Assembly: GCA_007375645.1 (NCBI GenBank)
Contig: VMER01000001.1
Coordinates: 69,139-133,138 of the forward strand
Source: Parcubacteria group bacterium LiPW_15
Lineage (GTDB): Bacteria > Patescibacteriota > Minisyncoccia > UBA6257 > 2-01-FULL-56-20
Reading direction: 5' to 3'
DNA length: 64,000 nucleotides
Below the pieces are notes generated by a model, which made no database searches, had not been told where the DNA came from, and saw only the letters and a list, made by a program, of their open reading frames with translations. Below, one piece after another: positions 48,712-59,577 of the stretch; within the stretch, counting starts at the first letter, position 1; every line of letters begins with the position of its first letter. A program made the translations under genes and the position numbers.

Positions 48712-49809
48712 ATGAATAAAGACTATTATAAAACTTTAGGAGTTGATAAAAACGCCTCAGCAGAAGAAATAAAAAAAGCCTTTCGAAAACTCGCCCATCA
48801 ACACCATCCGGACAAGGAGCACGGCGATGAGGCGAAGTTCAAGGAAATAAACGAGGCGTATCAGGTTCTAAGCGATAAAAACAAAAGAGAGTATTACGAC
48901 CGTTTCGGCACTGAGCCGGGAGCGGGTTTCGGCCAGGCTGGCGGCAATCCATTCGCCGGATTCGGTTTCGGCGGACAAAATATGGGAGGTTTTGATTTTA
49001 ACGGAGCGGACTTCGGCGACCTAGGTGATATTTTCGAATCTCTTTTCGGCGGAATGGGCGGAGGGCAAAGACAAAAGAGAAAAACTTATCGGCACGGTTC
49101 CGATCTCCAAACTGCTATCGAACTGAATTTGGAAGACGCTTTTTATGGCGCCGTAAAGGAGATAAGGATTAAAACGGCAGTTACGTGCGATGCCTGCAGG
49201 GGCAAGGGCGGAGACCCGGCGGAGGGCATGGCCGCGTGTTCAACCTGTAACGGCCGGGGGGAGGTGAATGAAGAGAGGCGCACCATTTTCGGAAGTTTTT
49301 CTCAGGTGAAAATCTGTCCCGCCTGCCAAGGATATGGAGAGATGCCCAAAAAGATATGCTCGGTCTGTAGGGGTGTCGGCCGAGTTTCGGGCGAAAGAAA
49401 AATATCTTTAGAGATCTTACCTGGAATTTCAGACGGACAGATGGTTCAAGTGAAGGGCGCGGGGGAGGCCGGAGAAAGGGGAAATCCGGCAGGCGAGCTT
49501 TACGTAAAAATAAAAATAAAACCACATCACGTTTTCGAAAGAAGCGGAGATGATCTGGTGATAAAAAAGGAGGTAAAAATTTCGGATATTCTGCTCGGAA
49601 AAGAAATCGAACTTCCAACCATTGAAGGGAAACTCATAAAAACGGAGATAGAACCCGGCACGGATCTGAAATCAAATATTCGCATAAAAGGAGAGGGCAT
49701 GCCCCGTTTCGGTCGGTCCGGCAGGGGAGATATACTTTTGAATCTTATTTTGAAAGCTCCGAAGAAACCCGGAGGAAAGCTGAGGGAGGCGTTGGAGGAT
49801 TTGGATTAA
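48712..49809 (+). CDS. dnaJ: Chaperone DnaJ
   Basis: HPD J-domain, G/F region, four CxxCxGxG repeats. Confidence 0.98.
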   Translation: MNKDYYKTLGVDKNASAEEIKKAFRKLAHQHHPDKEHGDEAKFKEINEAYQVLSDKNKREYYDRFGTEPGAGFGQAGGNPFAGFGFGGQNMGGFDFNGADFGDLGDIFESLFGGMGGGQRQKRKTYRHGSDLQTAIELNLEDAFYGAVKEIRIKTAVTCDACRGKGGDPAEGMAACSTCNGRGEVNEERRTIFGSFSQVKICPACQGYGEMPKKICSVCRGVGRVSGERKISLEILPGISDGQMVQVKGAGEAGERGNPAGELYVKIKIKPHHVFERSGDDLVIKKEVKISDILLGKEIELPTIEGKLIKTEIEPGTDLKSNIRIKGEGMPRFGRSGRGDILLNLILKAPKKPGGKLREALEDLD

Positions 49810-50162
49810 ATACTTCCCTTGTGCGGAGATTGATCACCACTACCGATCCATCTGGTTTCTTCTAGATTTCCACTTGCGTCATATAGATATTCTTCTATTC
49901 CTTCCGGTTCATCGCCTTCGGGATTCTGCGCTGGTCCATTAGCCCAAATTTTCCTTAGGAGGCGCCCTTCAACATCCCGTTCGTATGTGACTTGTTCGTA
50001 CTGATCGCCGTTCTCATCTTTCCAAACCTCTGTGGCCAGCAATCTTCCTTGGGGCCACCCTAGGTAGCCCTCTGCGTGGGTACCTATTAACTTTCCCTGA
50101 AGGAAAATAGGACGTTCTTCGATCACTATTCTTTCTTTGGTTTTCGGCAGTTTTTCGCTCAT
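49806..50162 (-). CDS. Hypothetical protein with YD-like repeats
   Basis: [10 protein letters not shown] and YLYDASGNL; start MSEKL. Confidence 0.55.
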   Translation of the reverse strand: MSEKLPKTKERIVIEERPIFLQGKLIGTHAEGYLGWPQGRLLATEVWKDENGDQYEQVTYERDVEGRLLRKIWANGPAQNPEGDEPEGIEEYLYDASGNLEETRWIGSGDQSPHKGSI

Positions 50163-50182
50163 TGGTAATTTATTATGGAACG

Positions 50183-50431
50183 GTGCCTCCACAAAGCGCA
50201 AGCGCTCAAGGCCTGCCTGCCGGTAGGCAGGGAATCTCACGCGCTCATTTTATTCGCTTCTCACAACCCTCGGTTTTTTGAGTGATTTCTCTCGGAAGTA
50301 CCCGGGATTACGCATCTCTAAGTCGCTATCGCTCCAAGAGCTGCGAGAACTACACTCCGACCCCTTCCACTGTTCGATTCCCTAGAAACAAGAAAAACAA
50401 AACACCCGAGAAATTCGGGTATTTTGTTTTT
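50183..50431 (-). other. Non-coding mini-element downstream of tRNA-Lys ending in an interrupted copy of the tRNA 3' end
   Basis: GTGCCTCCACAA (50183-50194) + 36-nt insert + GGAATCTCAC vs tRNA GTGCCCCCACAAGGAATCGAAC (50432-50453). Confidence 0.7.
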
Positions 50432-50432
50432 G

Positions 50433-50503
50433 TGCCCCCACAAGGAATCGAACCTTGATCAATTGCTTAAAAGGCAACTGCTTTACCACTAAGCTATGGG
50501 GGC
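50433..50503 (-). tRNA. tRNA-Lys (TTT), no encoded CCA
   Basis: GCCCCCA/TGGGGGC acceptor stem; GTTGC-CTTTTAA-GCAAT anticodon arm; GGTTCGATTCC. Confidence 0.96.
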
Positions 50504-50599
50504 CTATTCTTCGCCCAATTATATCGACTTCGAAAGGCGGACAATATCGAGATAAATACTACAACAATCAGGACGTCTAGTAAATACTAAAAAACGGGG

Positions 50600-50944
50600 T
50601 CAGATGACCCCGTACCTCCGTTTGGCTTCGCGTCTCCGCTCGAACTCTTCAAAAGGGACGACCGTTCTTCGCGAGACGAGTGTCGGTTTCTCATCCGGCT
50701 CTCCATCTCGGTTTTTCCCTGCGCTTTCCACTACGGTGCGAATCGCATAGAGATTGAGAGCCACAAGCAATCCAACCCCGATCACGAACGAGACGACACC
50801 GAGTGTGGTAGGAAGACGTTTTGCGGAGTATAGGAGAAAACAAGCGGAAAAGATGAAGACGATAGAAGCTTTTCCGGCGAAAGGCGATCTTCGATATCGG
50901 CGGACGAAGGTCTTCCAGCCCAGTTTTGCACGCGATAGATACAC
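50600..50944 (-). CDS. Orphan two-TM protein (SD-led, GTG start)
   Basis: GGGGAGGAG before GTG. Confidence 0.6.
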   Translation of the reverse strand: MYLSRAKLGWKTFVRRYRRSPFAGKASIVFIFSACFLLYSAKRLPTTLGVVSFVIGVGLLVALNLYAIRTVVESAGKNRDGEPDEKPTLVSRRTVVPFEEFERRREAKRRYGVI

Positions 50945-51067
50945 GTTCTCCTCCCCATATCAATCAGGCTGGGATCATATTGCGTCCGTTCCTCAAACAA
51001 AGCAAGCTTCGGGCCGGGCGGTTCACATTTTTGACGAAGCGGCCCGTATTTGTTAATCTGTTTTTCA

Positions 51068-52315
51068 ATGCGTAAATATTCTGGATTCTTTTTAACACTC
51101 ATTGTTCTGGTCGCTATAGTTTCCGCTTTCTTCGCATATCCGAAGGGATTTGGGGCCAAGAATATACCCTGGAGATTGGGCTTGGATCTGGTCGGCGGAA
51201 GCCATCTGGTCTATGAAGTCGATCTTTCGGGTGTTACCTCCGGCGACAGGGATTCCGTTTTGAACGGTCTAAGAGATGTAATTGAACGCAGAGTTAACCT
51301 TTTCGGCGTCAGCGAGCCGCAGGTGAATATCAGCAAGTCCGGGGAAAAGTCCGAACTCATTGTTGAGCTTGCCGGCATCAAAGACGTAAGCCAGGCGATA
51401 AAGGAAATCGGGACTACTCCGATGTTGGATTTTCGCGAAGTCGAAGGAGAGGGGACCAGCACTCAATTCATCCGGACCAATCTTACCGGCCGTTATATAA
51501 GCGGCGCGGAATTGACGTTTGATCCGAACACCAATGCTCCGCAGGTGTCCATGACCTTCAATGAAGAGGGAGGGAAAATTTTTGAAGAGATGACCGGCGC
51601 GAATGTCGGCAAGACCATTGCTATTTTCCTGGACGACCAACTTATCGAGGCGCCTGTGGTCCAACAGAAGATTTCCGGAGGAAAGGCGCAAATAACAGGC
51701 CGCTTTACCGTTGAATCGGCGAGGCTCTTAGTAGAACGTTTTAACGCCGGAGCTTTGCCCGCGCCGATAAGTCTCGTGAACCAGCAGACCGTGAGCCCCG
51801 CCTTGGGAGGAAACTTCCTGAACAAAGCCATTTTCGCCGGCTTAGTCGGAACGCTTCTCATAATCCTCTTCATGCTCATTTACTACCGCGGCTTGGGATT
51901 TTTCGCGGCTGCCGCGCTCCTTATATACATCGCTATCACCTTGGGTATCTTTAAACTCATCGGCGTAACGATGTCTCTTGCGGGACTTGCCGGTTTCATT
52001 ATTACTATCGGCATGGCTGTGGACGCGAACATCTTGGTCTTCGAACGCATCAAAGAAGAACTCAAGAAGGGCCTGTCTAAAGCCGCCGCGGTGCACGAAG
52101 GCTTCCGCCACGCCTGGCCGTCCATTAAAGACTCCAATACTTCCACTATAATTACGGCGGTCATTCTTTACTTCCTGACCACGAGCTTCGTTAAGGGCTT
52201 TGCGCTTACGCTCTTGATCGGTGTGGCCGTTTCCATGTTCAGCGCCATAACTACCACCAGGCTTCTTCTTCAGGTATTCGTCGAAAACCGCAAACCAAAA
52301 CAGACCAATGCTTAA
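51068..52315 (+). CDS. secD: Protein translocase subunit SecD
   Basis: LGLDL.GG, RVN.FGVSEP, GALP.P, GMAVDANIL.FERIKEE, DSN.ST. Confidence 0.97.
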   Translation: MRKYSGFFLTLIVLVAIVSAFFAYPKGFGAKNIPWRLGLDLVGGSHLVYEVDLSGVTSGDRDSVLNGLRDVIERRVNLFGVSEPQVNISKSGEKSELIVELAGIKDVSQAIKEIGTTPMLDFREVEGEGTSTQFIRTNLTGRYISGAELTFDPNTNAPQVSMTFNEEGGKIFEEMTGANVGKTIAIFLDDQLIEAPVVQQKISGGKAQITGRFTVESARLLVERFNAGALPAPISLVNQQTVSPALGGNFLNKAIFAGLVGTLLIILFMLIYYRGLGFFAAAALLIYIAITLGIFKLIGVTMSLAGLAGFIITIGMAVDANILVFERIKEELKKGLSKAAAVHEGFRHAWPSIKDSNTSTIITAVILYFLTTSFVKGFALTLLIGVAVSMFSAITTTRLLLQVFVENRKPKQTNA

Positions 52316-53207
52316 CGTTAACGTAATCGGCAAAAGAAAAATTTATCTCTCCATCTCCGGCGTTTTGGTGGGAGCGGCCATTTTGGCCATAATCGTTTTT
52401 GGTTTCCGAGAGGGGATCGATTTCACCGGCGGAACGCTTTGGCAGTTCAAGGCGCCGAATGTCGCAATAGAAGATGTTTCCAAATCGTTCGTGGAGGATC
52501 TGAAGATAAATGACGCGAAACTTACATATGACGCTACCGCGGGAATGTTTTTCGCGCGGCTCAAGGACGTGACGGAAGTGGAGCACCAAGATTTTATCAA
52601 AACTCTTTCCGCCAAATATGACGGTTTTGAGGAATTGAGTTTTTCTTCCATCGGGCCCTCGGTTGGCGCGGATCTTCGCCAAAAATCTATTCTGGCGTTA
52701 GCTTTGGTGCTTTTGGGAATCTCGCTTTATATTGCTTTTGCTTTCCGCAAAGTTTATCAACCGATCAGCTCGTTTAAATACGGCATAACTACTCTTATCT
52801 CTTTGCTTCACGATGTGGCGATCCCTGCCGGGCTTTTGGCCATCCTTGGGTATTACGGCACCGTGGAAATCGATACGAACTTTATCGTCGCTCTTTTGGT
52901 GGTCATGGGTTTTTCCGTGCACGACACCATCGTGGTTTTCGATCGTATCCGCGAAAATCTTTTGCTCTATAGGACCAAGAAAGAATTCGGCGAGATAATC
53001 AACGATAGCGTAAACCAAACTTTGGCCCGCTCCATTAACACCTCTCTGACCCTTATCTTGGTGCTTCTGGCGCTCTTGTTCCTCGGCCCCGCGAACCTTC
53101 ACTATTTCGTTCTCACCCTGCTTGTCGGCGTGACCGTAGGTATCTATTCCTCCATCTTCGTGGCTTCGCCTTTGCTTTACGTTTGGCATAAGTTTGCCTC
53201 CAGATAG
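52308..53207 (+). CDS. secF: Protein translocase subunit SecF
   Basis: GIDFTGG, LLHDV, GFSVHDTIVVFDRIRE, RSINTS. Confidence 0.97.
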   Translation: MLNVNVIGKRKIYLSISGVLVGAAILAIIVFGFREGIDFTGGTLWQFKAPNVAIEDVSKSFVEDLKINDAKLTYDATAGMFFARLKDVTEVEHQDFIKTLSAKYDGFEELSFSSIGPSVGADLRQKSILALALVLLGISLYIAFAFRKVYQPISSFKYGITTLISLLHDVAIPAGLLAILGYYGTVEIDTNFIVALLVVMGFSVHDTIVVFDRIRENLLLYRTKKEFGEIINDSVNQTLARSINTSLTLILVLLALLFLGPANLHYFVLTLLVGVTVGIYSSIFVASPLLYVWHKFASR

Positions 53208-53285
53208 GACGACGTTTGCTCTTGGGTTTTAAGGGCCTTGACATCCCTAGGTCTAAAAGGTTATAATTCTGCCATAACTAAAAAC

Positions 53286-54311
53286 ATGCAGATATCAAAG
53301 ATTTACACCACCCTAGTCAAGGACCTTTCCGACCGGCAAATTGAAGTAATTGCTGGCCGTTTTGGGCTTAAGAATGGAACTCCGGAGACCCTTGAGGCCA
53401 TCGGAGGGCGTTTTGGCGTTACCCGCGAACGGGTTCGCCAGATAGAAGCTTCCGCATTGTCGCTCATGGCTTCCAAATATGAGACCATTCCGGCTTGTGT
53501 TTCGGCCATGGAAAAAGGCAAGAAATATTTGAAAACTATGGGAGGCGTGGCCAAACAGGAAAACCTGGTCAAGCTTCTTTCTAAGGATATTGAAGGTTTG
53601 ACCGAAAATTATTTGAGCCTCCTTTTGTCCATTTCCGATTCCTTTAACTCTTACAACGAGGATAACGAATTCTGGCCCTTCTACTATTTGGATAAAAATG
53701 GTTTGAAAGACGCGGTGAAGCTCATCGCTTCCTGGGGCAGTGTTTTGAATCAAAAGAAAGGAGAAGTCCTTTCCGGCGGTTACGAAACCAATTTGAAGAA
53801 ATTCTTGAAAGAGAAGAATCTTTCCGCGGAATATCTCGAAAATTGCTTGAGCATTTCGAAAGCCATCCATTCTAATCCTTACGGCGATAAGGGCCTCGTG
53901 GCCTGGCCGGAGATCCGTCCGAAAACTATTCGCGACAGGATATACTTGGCGCTCAAGAAAAAGGGTGAGCCTCAGCATTTTGCGGAAATCGCCAATTTGG
54001 TGAACCAGGCGAAATTCGATAAGAGAATTGCCTTGGCTTCCACCGTTCACAATGAACTTATCAAAGACTCCCGCTTTGTCCTCGTCGGACGCGGTATTTA
54101 TGCTCTCTCCGAACACGGTTTTGAGCCCGGTACCGCCAAAGATGTTATCAAGACCATTCTCGCGAAAGCAGGCCCCCTTAAGTCCAAGGAAATCGTTTCC
54201 GCGGTTCAGGAAAAGCGCTTCTTCAAGTACAACACTATTCTGGTGAATCTTCAGAACAAAGAACTCTTCGAGCGTTTGGGTGACGGCACTTACAAGGTCC
54301 GCGAAGCGTAA
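53286..54311 (+). CDS. Sigma70 region-4-like HTH plus C-terminal winged-helix (HARE-HTH-like) protein
   Basis: RFGL....[18 protein letters not shown]; [21 protein letters not shown]. Confidence 0.8.
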   Translation: MQISKIYTTLVKDLSDRQIEVIAGRFGLKNGTPETLEAIGGRFGVTRERVRQIEASALSLMASKYETIPACVSAMEKGKKYLKTMGGVAKQENLVKLLSKDIEGLTENYLSLLLSISDSFNSYNEDNEFWPFYYLDKNGLKDAVKLIASWGSVLNQKKGEVLSGGYETNLKKFLKEKNLSAEYLENCLSISKAIHSNPYGDKGLVAWPEIRPKTIRDRIYLALKKKGEPQHFAEIANLVNQAKFDKRIALASTVHNELIKDSRFVLVGRGIYALSEHGFEPGTAKDVIKTILAKAGPLKSKEIVSAVQEKRFFKYNTILVNLQNKELFERLGDGTYKVREA

Positions 54312-54347
54312 GACTTTTCAAGTTCTATTTGTGCTAAAATTAAGTAG

Positions 54348-55610
54348 ATGAGTTTTAATTTCGTATTCCAAAGTATTTTGGACTTTTTCGCTTTATATTG
54401 GTGGATAATCGTTCCAATAATCTTTTTGCCCCTTTATAGCTCAACCGCGCTCTTTGTAACCCACGAAAAGAGGAAACGCGAGAATAAGTGGGTAATTTTG
54501 GATATTAAAATTTCCAGGGAGACCAAGAAAACCCCGCAGGCGATGGAGCAGATACTCGAAACAATGAACGGCTGGGGGACTTTGCCCTCGAGGAAACCAA
54601 CGGAATGGGCGTCGCTTGAACTTATAAGCATCGGCGGCGAGATCCATTTTATGATCCGCATACTTGAGAAATACAAGAATCTTTTAGAATCCACGTTTTT
54701 CTCCTTTTATCAGGACGTAGACATAAAAGAAGTGGATGATTATATGGATCATGTGCCTTCGAACACGGCCCAGCTTTACGCGCGGGATCTGAATGTCTGG
54801 GGCACGGAACTTATCCTCGGAAAAGAAGGCGCGTACCCGATAAAATCCTATAAAGAGTTTACGAGCGGCGGCGAGGGCAAAGAATTCGACCCGATGTCCG
54901 TGTTCACGGAAATAATGGGCCGGCTTTTGCCGGACGAATTCTTGGGAGTCCAGATGATCCTTATGCCCATAAGCACGAAAAGCGTTCGGGAGAAATACAA
55001 GCCGCTTCTTGAAAAATTGAAGGCAAAGCCCAAGGAGGGCGAGACCTTGGATACCACCACCCTGAAACTGACTTTGGGAACCGACGCGAAAAAAGTAAAA
55101 GTAGTTGAGGAAAATTTGTCCAAGCCTTTTTTCAACACGCTCATCCGAGCGATATATGTTGCGCCCCGATCTTCTTTCCGCGAGAAATACGCGAAGCAGG
55201 GGATAGTGAGCTCCTTCAATCAATACGCGTCTCCGGATCTGAATTCATTCAAGAAAAATTCGCAAACCGAGATCGGCGATGTGCTTCCGAATCCGGACAA
55301 ACTTTTTGCTCTCTTTCCAAAAAGCCGGGATGAAGCCAGGAAGGAGCGGATATTGCACACCTACCGGCATCGGGACGTTCCTCCGGTAAGCGCCATGGGC
55401 AAACTTATAAGCTCGATGTTTTTTCATACAAATAATGCTTCGAGATTTGTGGAACTGTCCACGGAATCTTTGGCCACCGTTTTCCATCTGCCGACCACTG
55501 TGGTTTTGACGGCGCCGTTCATGCAGAGAGTCGAAAGCAGGAAGGTCGGTCCGCCTCAAGGGCTCGCGATATTCGGCGGGAACGAAGATCTGGAAATATT
55601 CGAAACATGA
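54348..55610 (+). CDS. Membrane-anchored hypothetical protein upstream of the VirD4-like ATPase
   Basis: N-terminal TM; AMEQ, SLEL, YPIK.Y, LAT.FHLP. Confidence 0.7.
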   Translation: MSFNFVFQSILDFFALYWWIIVPIIFLPLYSSTALFVTHEKRKRENKWVILDIKISRETKKTPQAMEQILETMNGWGTLPSRKPTEWASLELISIGGEIHFMIRILEKYKNLLESTFFSFYQDVDIKEVDDYMDHVPSNTAQLYARDLNVWGTELILGKEGAYPIKSYKEFTSGGEGKEFDPMSVFTEIMGRLLPDEFLGVQMILMPISTKSVREKYKPLLEKLKAKPKEGETLDTTTLKLTLGTDAKKVKVVEENLSKPFFNTLIRAIYVAPRSSFREKYAKQGIVSSFNQYASPDLNSFKKNSQTEIGDVLPNPDKLFALFPKSRDEARKERILHTYRHRDVPPVSAMGKLISSMFFHTNNASRFVELSTESLATVFHLPTTVVLTAPFMQRVESRKVGPPQGLAIFGGNEDLEIFET

Positions 55611-56113
55611 ACCTAGATTTTTCAAATCTCACCTTGCCTCAGATATTCGAATACATCCGCATCGGGATAATCATTTTTGATTTTCTGTTGGTCGCGGCGA
55701 CTATTCATATATTCATGAAAGCGATAAAGATAAGGCCTCGGTTCAGGGCCGATATTAACCGGGCGCCGGTCTTAACCATCCGCAAAGAGGAATTGCTCGA
55801 AAAATGGAACGCGATAATGGAAAAATACACCGACGGCAAACCGGACAATCTGAAGATCGCGGTTATCCAGGGCGACGCCATGATCGACGGCATTCTTAAA
55901 AACGCCGGTCTCAAAGGCGAGCATATGGCCGATCGTTTGGATAATATCGAGCCGGGCGAGCTCAAGAGTTTCGAAGACCTTTGGCGTTCGCACAAGATCC
56001 GCAACAACATCGTTCACAACGAAGCCTTCGTGCTTAACAAGCAGATCGCGGAAACGGCTATCAAAGGTTACGAAAAGTTTTTAAAAGAGCTGGGGGTCTT
56101 AACTTCACAATAA
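55607..56113 (+). CDS. Hypothetical protein with N-terminal TM
   Basis: W..I...., A.I.GD...D..LK, H..RN.IVH. Confidence 0.7.
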   Translation: MNLDFSNLTLPQIFEYIRIGIIIFDFLLVAATIHIFMKAIKIRPRFRADINRAPVLTIRKEELLEKWNAIMEKYTDGKPDNLKIAVIQGDAMIDGILKNAGLKGEHMADRLDNIEPGELKSFEDLWRSHKIRNNIVHNEAFVLNKQIAETAIKGYEKFLKELGVLTSQ

Positions 56114-56114
56114 A

Positions 56115-57656
56115 ATGGCAAAAGAAAAAAAAGACGTAGTATTTTTCGCGAAAACGGACTTCCGGGACGCCGACCGAATTTTCGGTATTAAGCGCGCCGA
56201 CCGGAGACAGCATATGTATGTGATAGGAAAGACGGGAACCGGTAAAACCACTTTGCTTCGCAACATGGTCATTCAAGACATCGCGAACGGCGAGGGTCTT
56301 TGCGTGGTGGACCCGCACGGAGAGTTCGTCGAAGATCTTTTGAAAATGATCCCGAAAGACAGATTGGACGATGTGGTCTACTTTAACCCGGGCGACCCCG
56401 ATTTTCATGTCGGCTTTAATCCTTTGGAGATAAGCGACCCGAGGTATAAGCATCTTGTGGCTTCCGGACTGATGGCCATCTTTACCAAGATCTGGGCTGG
56501 CGTTTGGTCGCCTAGAATGGAATATATTTTGAACAACTGCGTCTTGGGCCTTTTGGATACTCCGGGGACAACTCTCTTGGGAATACCGAGGCTTCTGGTG
56601 GACAAGGAATTCAGGCAAAAAGTAGTCGCGAATATTCAGGATCCGGTGGTCAAAGCTTTCTGGTCCACGGAATACGAAGCCTGGAAAGACCAATATCGAA
56701 ACGAGGCCATTGCCCCTATCCAAAACAAAGTAGGACAATTTTTGTCCGTTACTTTGGTCAGGAATATTGTCGGACAGCAAAAGAGCACCGTGGATTTCTT
56801 CGAGATAATGAACAGCGGAAAGATCCTCTTGGTTAACGTGTCTAAGGGCAGGATCGGAGAAGATAACTCCGCGCTTTTGGGCGCGATGGTTATCACCAAG
56901 ATACAGCTCTCCGCGATGGATCGCATCCGTGTTCCCGAAGAAGAGCGCGTGGACTTCTACTTATATGTCGACGAATTTCAAAACTTCGCGACCGATTCTT
57001 TCGCCAATATCCTTTCCGAGGCGCGCAAATACCGTCTTTGTCTTACCATGGCGCATCAATACATCGGCCAGCTGGTGACGGATGTTTCCACAAAAGTTCG
57101 GGATGCTATTTTCGGTAACGTGGGAACCCAAATGATCATGAGAGTCGGTGCGGCTGATGCGGATTTTCTGGCCAAGGAATTGGAGCCGGAATTCGGCGCG
57201 CAGGACATGGTGAATCTTCCGAATCGCAGAATATATCTAAAGCTTATGGTGGACGGCGTGACTTCCCGTTCGTTTTCCGCCGCCACTTTGCCTCCGATAA
57301 AAACTCAATTTGAAGCTGCTGCGGAAGAAGACGTTATTAAAACCTCAAGGAAACGTTATGCCCGGCCTCGTTACGCGGTAGAGGAAGAGATAAGCGAGTG
57401 GAGCGAGGTTATGGGAGGCCCCCGAGGCGGGTCGCCAGCGCCGAGACAGGAAGCTCCTAGGCAAATGATTCCTTCCGAAGAACGAAGAGAAGCCCCGACT
57501 CAAACAATTTCCTTGAAAGAACTTGAAGGCAAAGAAACTTTCCCGTCCAAAGAAAAGGAACGGAAACCGGTTGAACCGTCGGATATTGATTCGGTAAGAA
57601 AAATGATAAGCGATGCAATGTCCGCTCCGAAAGACGAAGACGAAAATGAAAAATAA
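56115..57656 (+). CDS. TraD/VirD4/HerA-like P-loop ATPase
   Basis: DRRQHMYVIGKTGTGKT, VDPHGE, YVDEFQNF, EARKY, AHQY..QL. Confidence 0.9.
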   Translation: MAKEKKDVVFFAKTDFRDADRIFGIKRADRRQHMYVIGKTGTGKTTLLRNMVIQDIANGEGLCVVDPHGEFVEDLLKMIPKDRLDDVVYFNPGDPDFHVGFNPLEISDPRYKHLVASGLMAIFTKIWAGVWSPRMEYILNNCVLGLLDTPGTTLLGIPRLLVDKEFRQKVVANIQDPVVKAFWSTEYEAWKDQYRNEAIAPIQNKVGQFLSVTLVRNIVGQQKSTVDFFEIMNSGKILLVNVSKGRIGEDNSALLGAMVITKIQLSAMDRIRVPEEERVDFYLYVDEFQNFATDSFANILSEARKYRLCLTMAHQYIGQLVTDVSTKVRDAIFGNVGTQMIMRVGAADADFLAKELEPEFGAQDMVNLPNRRIYLKLMVDGVTSRSFSAATLPPIKTQFEAAAEEDVIKTSRKRYARPRYAVEEEISEWSEVMGGPRGGSPAPRQEAPRQMIPSEERREAPTQTISLKELEGKETFPSKEKERKPVEPSDIDSVRKMISDAMSAPKDEDENEK

Positions 57657-58281
57657 GCTCGAGGTAGTTATTCTAACTGCCTTTCCGAAGATATTCGATT
57701 CTTATTTGAACGAGTCGCTTTTTAAGCGCGCTATTGCCAAAAAGATATTGAAATTTAAGATAGTGAACTTGCGTGATTTCGCGACCGGTAAACACAAGAA
57801 AATCGACGATCGGCCGTTCGGCGGGGGACCGGGAATGGTCTTGATGGTAGAGCCGATAACCAAGGCGCTTAAATCGCTAGGCGCGAAAAATAAAACCAGA
57901 ACTATTTTGTTTTCCACCCGGGGTAAAAAGTTAGATGCGGCGATGGCGAAGCGACTTTCCAAATATGACCGGCTTATCCTAATTTCGGGCCGCTACGAGG
58001 GCGTGGACGAACGAGTGGCGGAAGCGTTGGCGGACGAAGAAGTGTCTATCGGAGATTTTGTGCTTTCGGGAGGCGAACTTCCCGCCTTGGTGCTTTCCGA
58101 ATCTGTCGCGCGATTCCTACCCGGATTCTTGGGCAAACTCGAATCGCTCGAGGAACTTAAAGGTTCATATCCCGTTTATACTCGTCCCGAGGAGTTCAAG
58201 CTCGGGAAAAAGAAGCTAAAAGTCCCGCAGGTCCTGCTTTCGGGAGATCATAAAAAGATCGAGGAGTGGAGAAGAAAATAA
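57646..58281 (+). CDS. trmD: tRNA (guanine-N1)-methyltransferase
   Basis: DDRPFGGGPGMV, GRYEGVDER, SIGDFVLSGGE, YTRP, VLLSGDH. Confidence 0.97.
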   Translation: MKNKLEVVILTAFPKIFDSYLNESLFKRAIAKKILKFKIVNLRDFATGKHKKIDDRPFGGGPGMVLMVEPITKALKSLGAKNKTRTILFSTRGKKLDAAMAKRLSKYDRLILISGRYEGVDERVAEALADEEVSIGDFVLSGGELPALVLSESVARFLPGFLGKLESLEELKGSYPVYTRPEEFKLGKKKLKVPQVLLSGDHKKIEEWRRK

Positions 58282-58359
58282 AGGAAGGGTATCATAACGG
58301 CAAAAGAACGATTATATTTATTGTGATGGATAAACACCGAAAAATGATGCCTACCCACA

Positions 58360-59577
58360 ATGATTAGAATCACTAACATCAAAATCGAAAATTTTCGTTC
58401 CTGTATAAGTACCACGATTGCCTTACGCAAGGATTTGACAACTTTGATAGGTATCAACGGAGCTGGGAAGAGCAATATTCTAACCGGCATTCAACTACTG
58501 AGGTCGGCGGTGGCGACAAGTAGAAATAGATTTATTCATAAAGGCATTAGAGAGTCTCTTTCTCAAACTAACATCAGGTTAGATATAGACATCGACAACA
58601 AAAAATATATTCTGAAGGCAAATATCTACTACGATACAGATGAAGAAAATATAGACGAAATTGATTCCGTTGAAATTTTTATCAAAAAAGCAGGCTCTAC
58701 TCGGACTTGGGCCCCAATAAACGGACGCTCGTTAGATCTTATCCAACGATATAAATATCTACATAGAGTCCCGGAGAACTACATTCACTATTACAGTGAT
58801 TTTAATGCCGAGGATAAATTAAACATTAGAATATTGGAATACTTAGCAAGCATAAGTTATTACGGCGCAACTCAATTTTCGGATCCAACACAATCTCCAG
58901 TATCAATAGAGCTCGAAGACTCCAAACCTTCCTTGAGGACATATAGAACGGGGATGCCGCATAATAAATTTATTTTTGATTTATTTATTAGCTGGAAAAA
59001 AAAGAAAAAAGAATTTAATAGATTTATTAATATAGTCAACAAAAATGGAATTGGTTTAATCAGCGATATCAAATTTGCTGAGTTTAACTTACCCAATAGC
59101 ACCTATGGGGTTAAACCAGGGGGGAAGATTAGAAAGGAGGTCAAAAGTAAAAATATTATAATTCCCTCAGTCATTCTTGACGGCTTGTCGTTATCCCCGA
59201 ATCAACTTTCAGAGGGAACATTCAAAACGCTAGCGTTAATATTTTATATACTCAATGATCAAAGCGAACTTCTTTTAATTGAAGAGCCGGAAGTTTGTGT
59301 GCATCACGGTTTACTAAATAGCATAATTGAATTAATTAAAATCCAGTCAAAGCAGAAACAAATAGTTGTCAGCACCCATTCAGACTACGTCTTGGACAAA
59401 ATTAATCCAGAGAACGTTATAATCGTTAGGCGCAATAAAAAGGATGGTACAACTGCCAAGGCGTTGACCAAAACCCTTTCAAAGAACGACTTCGCGGTCT
59501 TGAAGGAATATTTAAACACCTCCGGAAACCTGGGTGAATATTGGAAGGAAGGGGGATTCGAAAATGAGCCAGATTAA
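58360..59577 (+). CDS. ABC/AAA-type ATPase (AAA_15/AAA_21-like)
   Basis: GINGAGKSN, LSEGT, LIEEPE, STHS, LGE.W..G; AT-rich. Confidence 0.88.
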   Translation: MIRITNIKIENFRSCISTTIALRKDLTTLIGINGAGKSNILTGIQLLRSAVATSRNRFIHKGIRESLSQTNIRLDIDIDNKKYILKANIYYDTDEENIDEIDSVEIFIKKAGSTRTWAPINGRSLDLIQRYKYLHRVPENYIHYYSDFNAEDKLNIRILEYLASISYYGATQFSDPTQSPVSIELEDSKPSLRTYRTGMPHNKFIFDLFISWKKKKKEFNRFINIVNKNGIGLISDIKFAEFNLPNSTYGVKPGGKIRKEVKSKNIIIPSVILDGLSLSPNQLSEGTFKTLALIFYILNDQSELLLIEEPEVCVHHGLLNSIIELIKIQSKQKQIVVSTHSDYVLDKINPENVIIVRRNKKDGTTAKALTKTLSKNDFAVLKEYLNTSGNLGEYWKEGGFENEPD

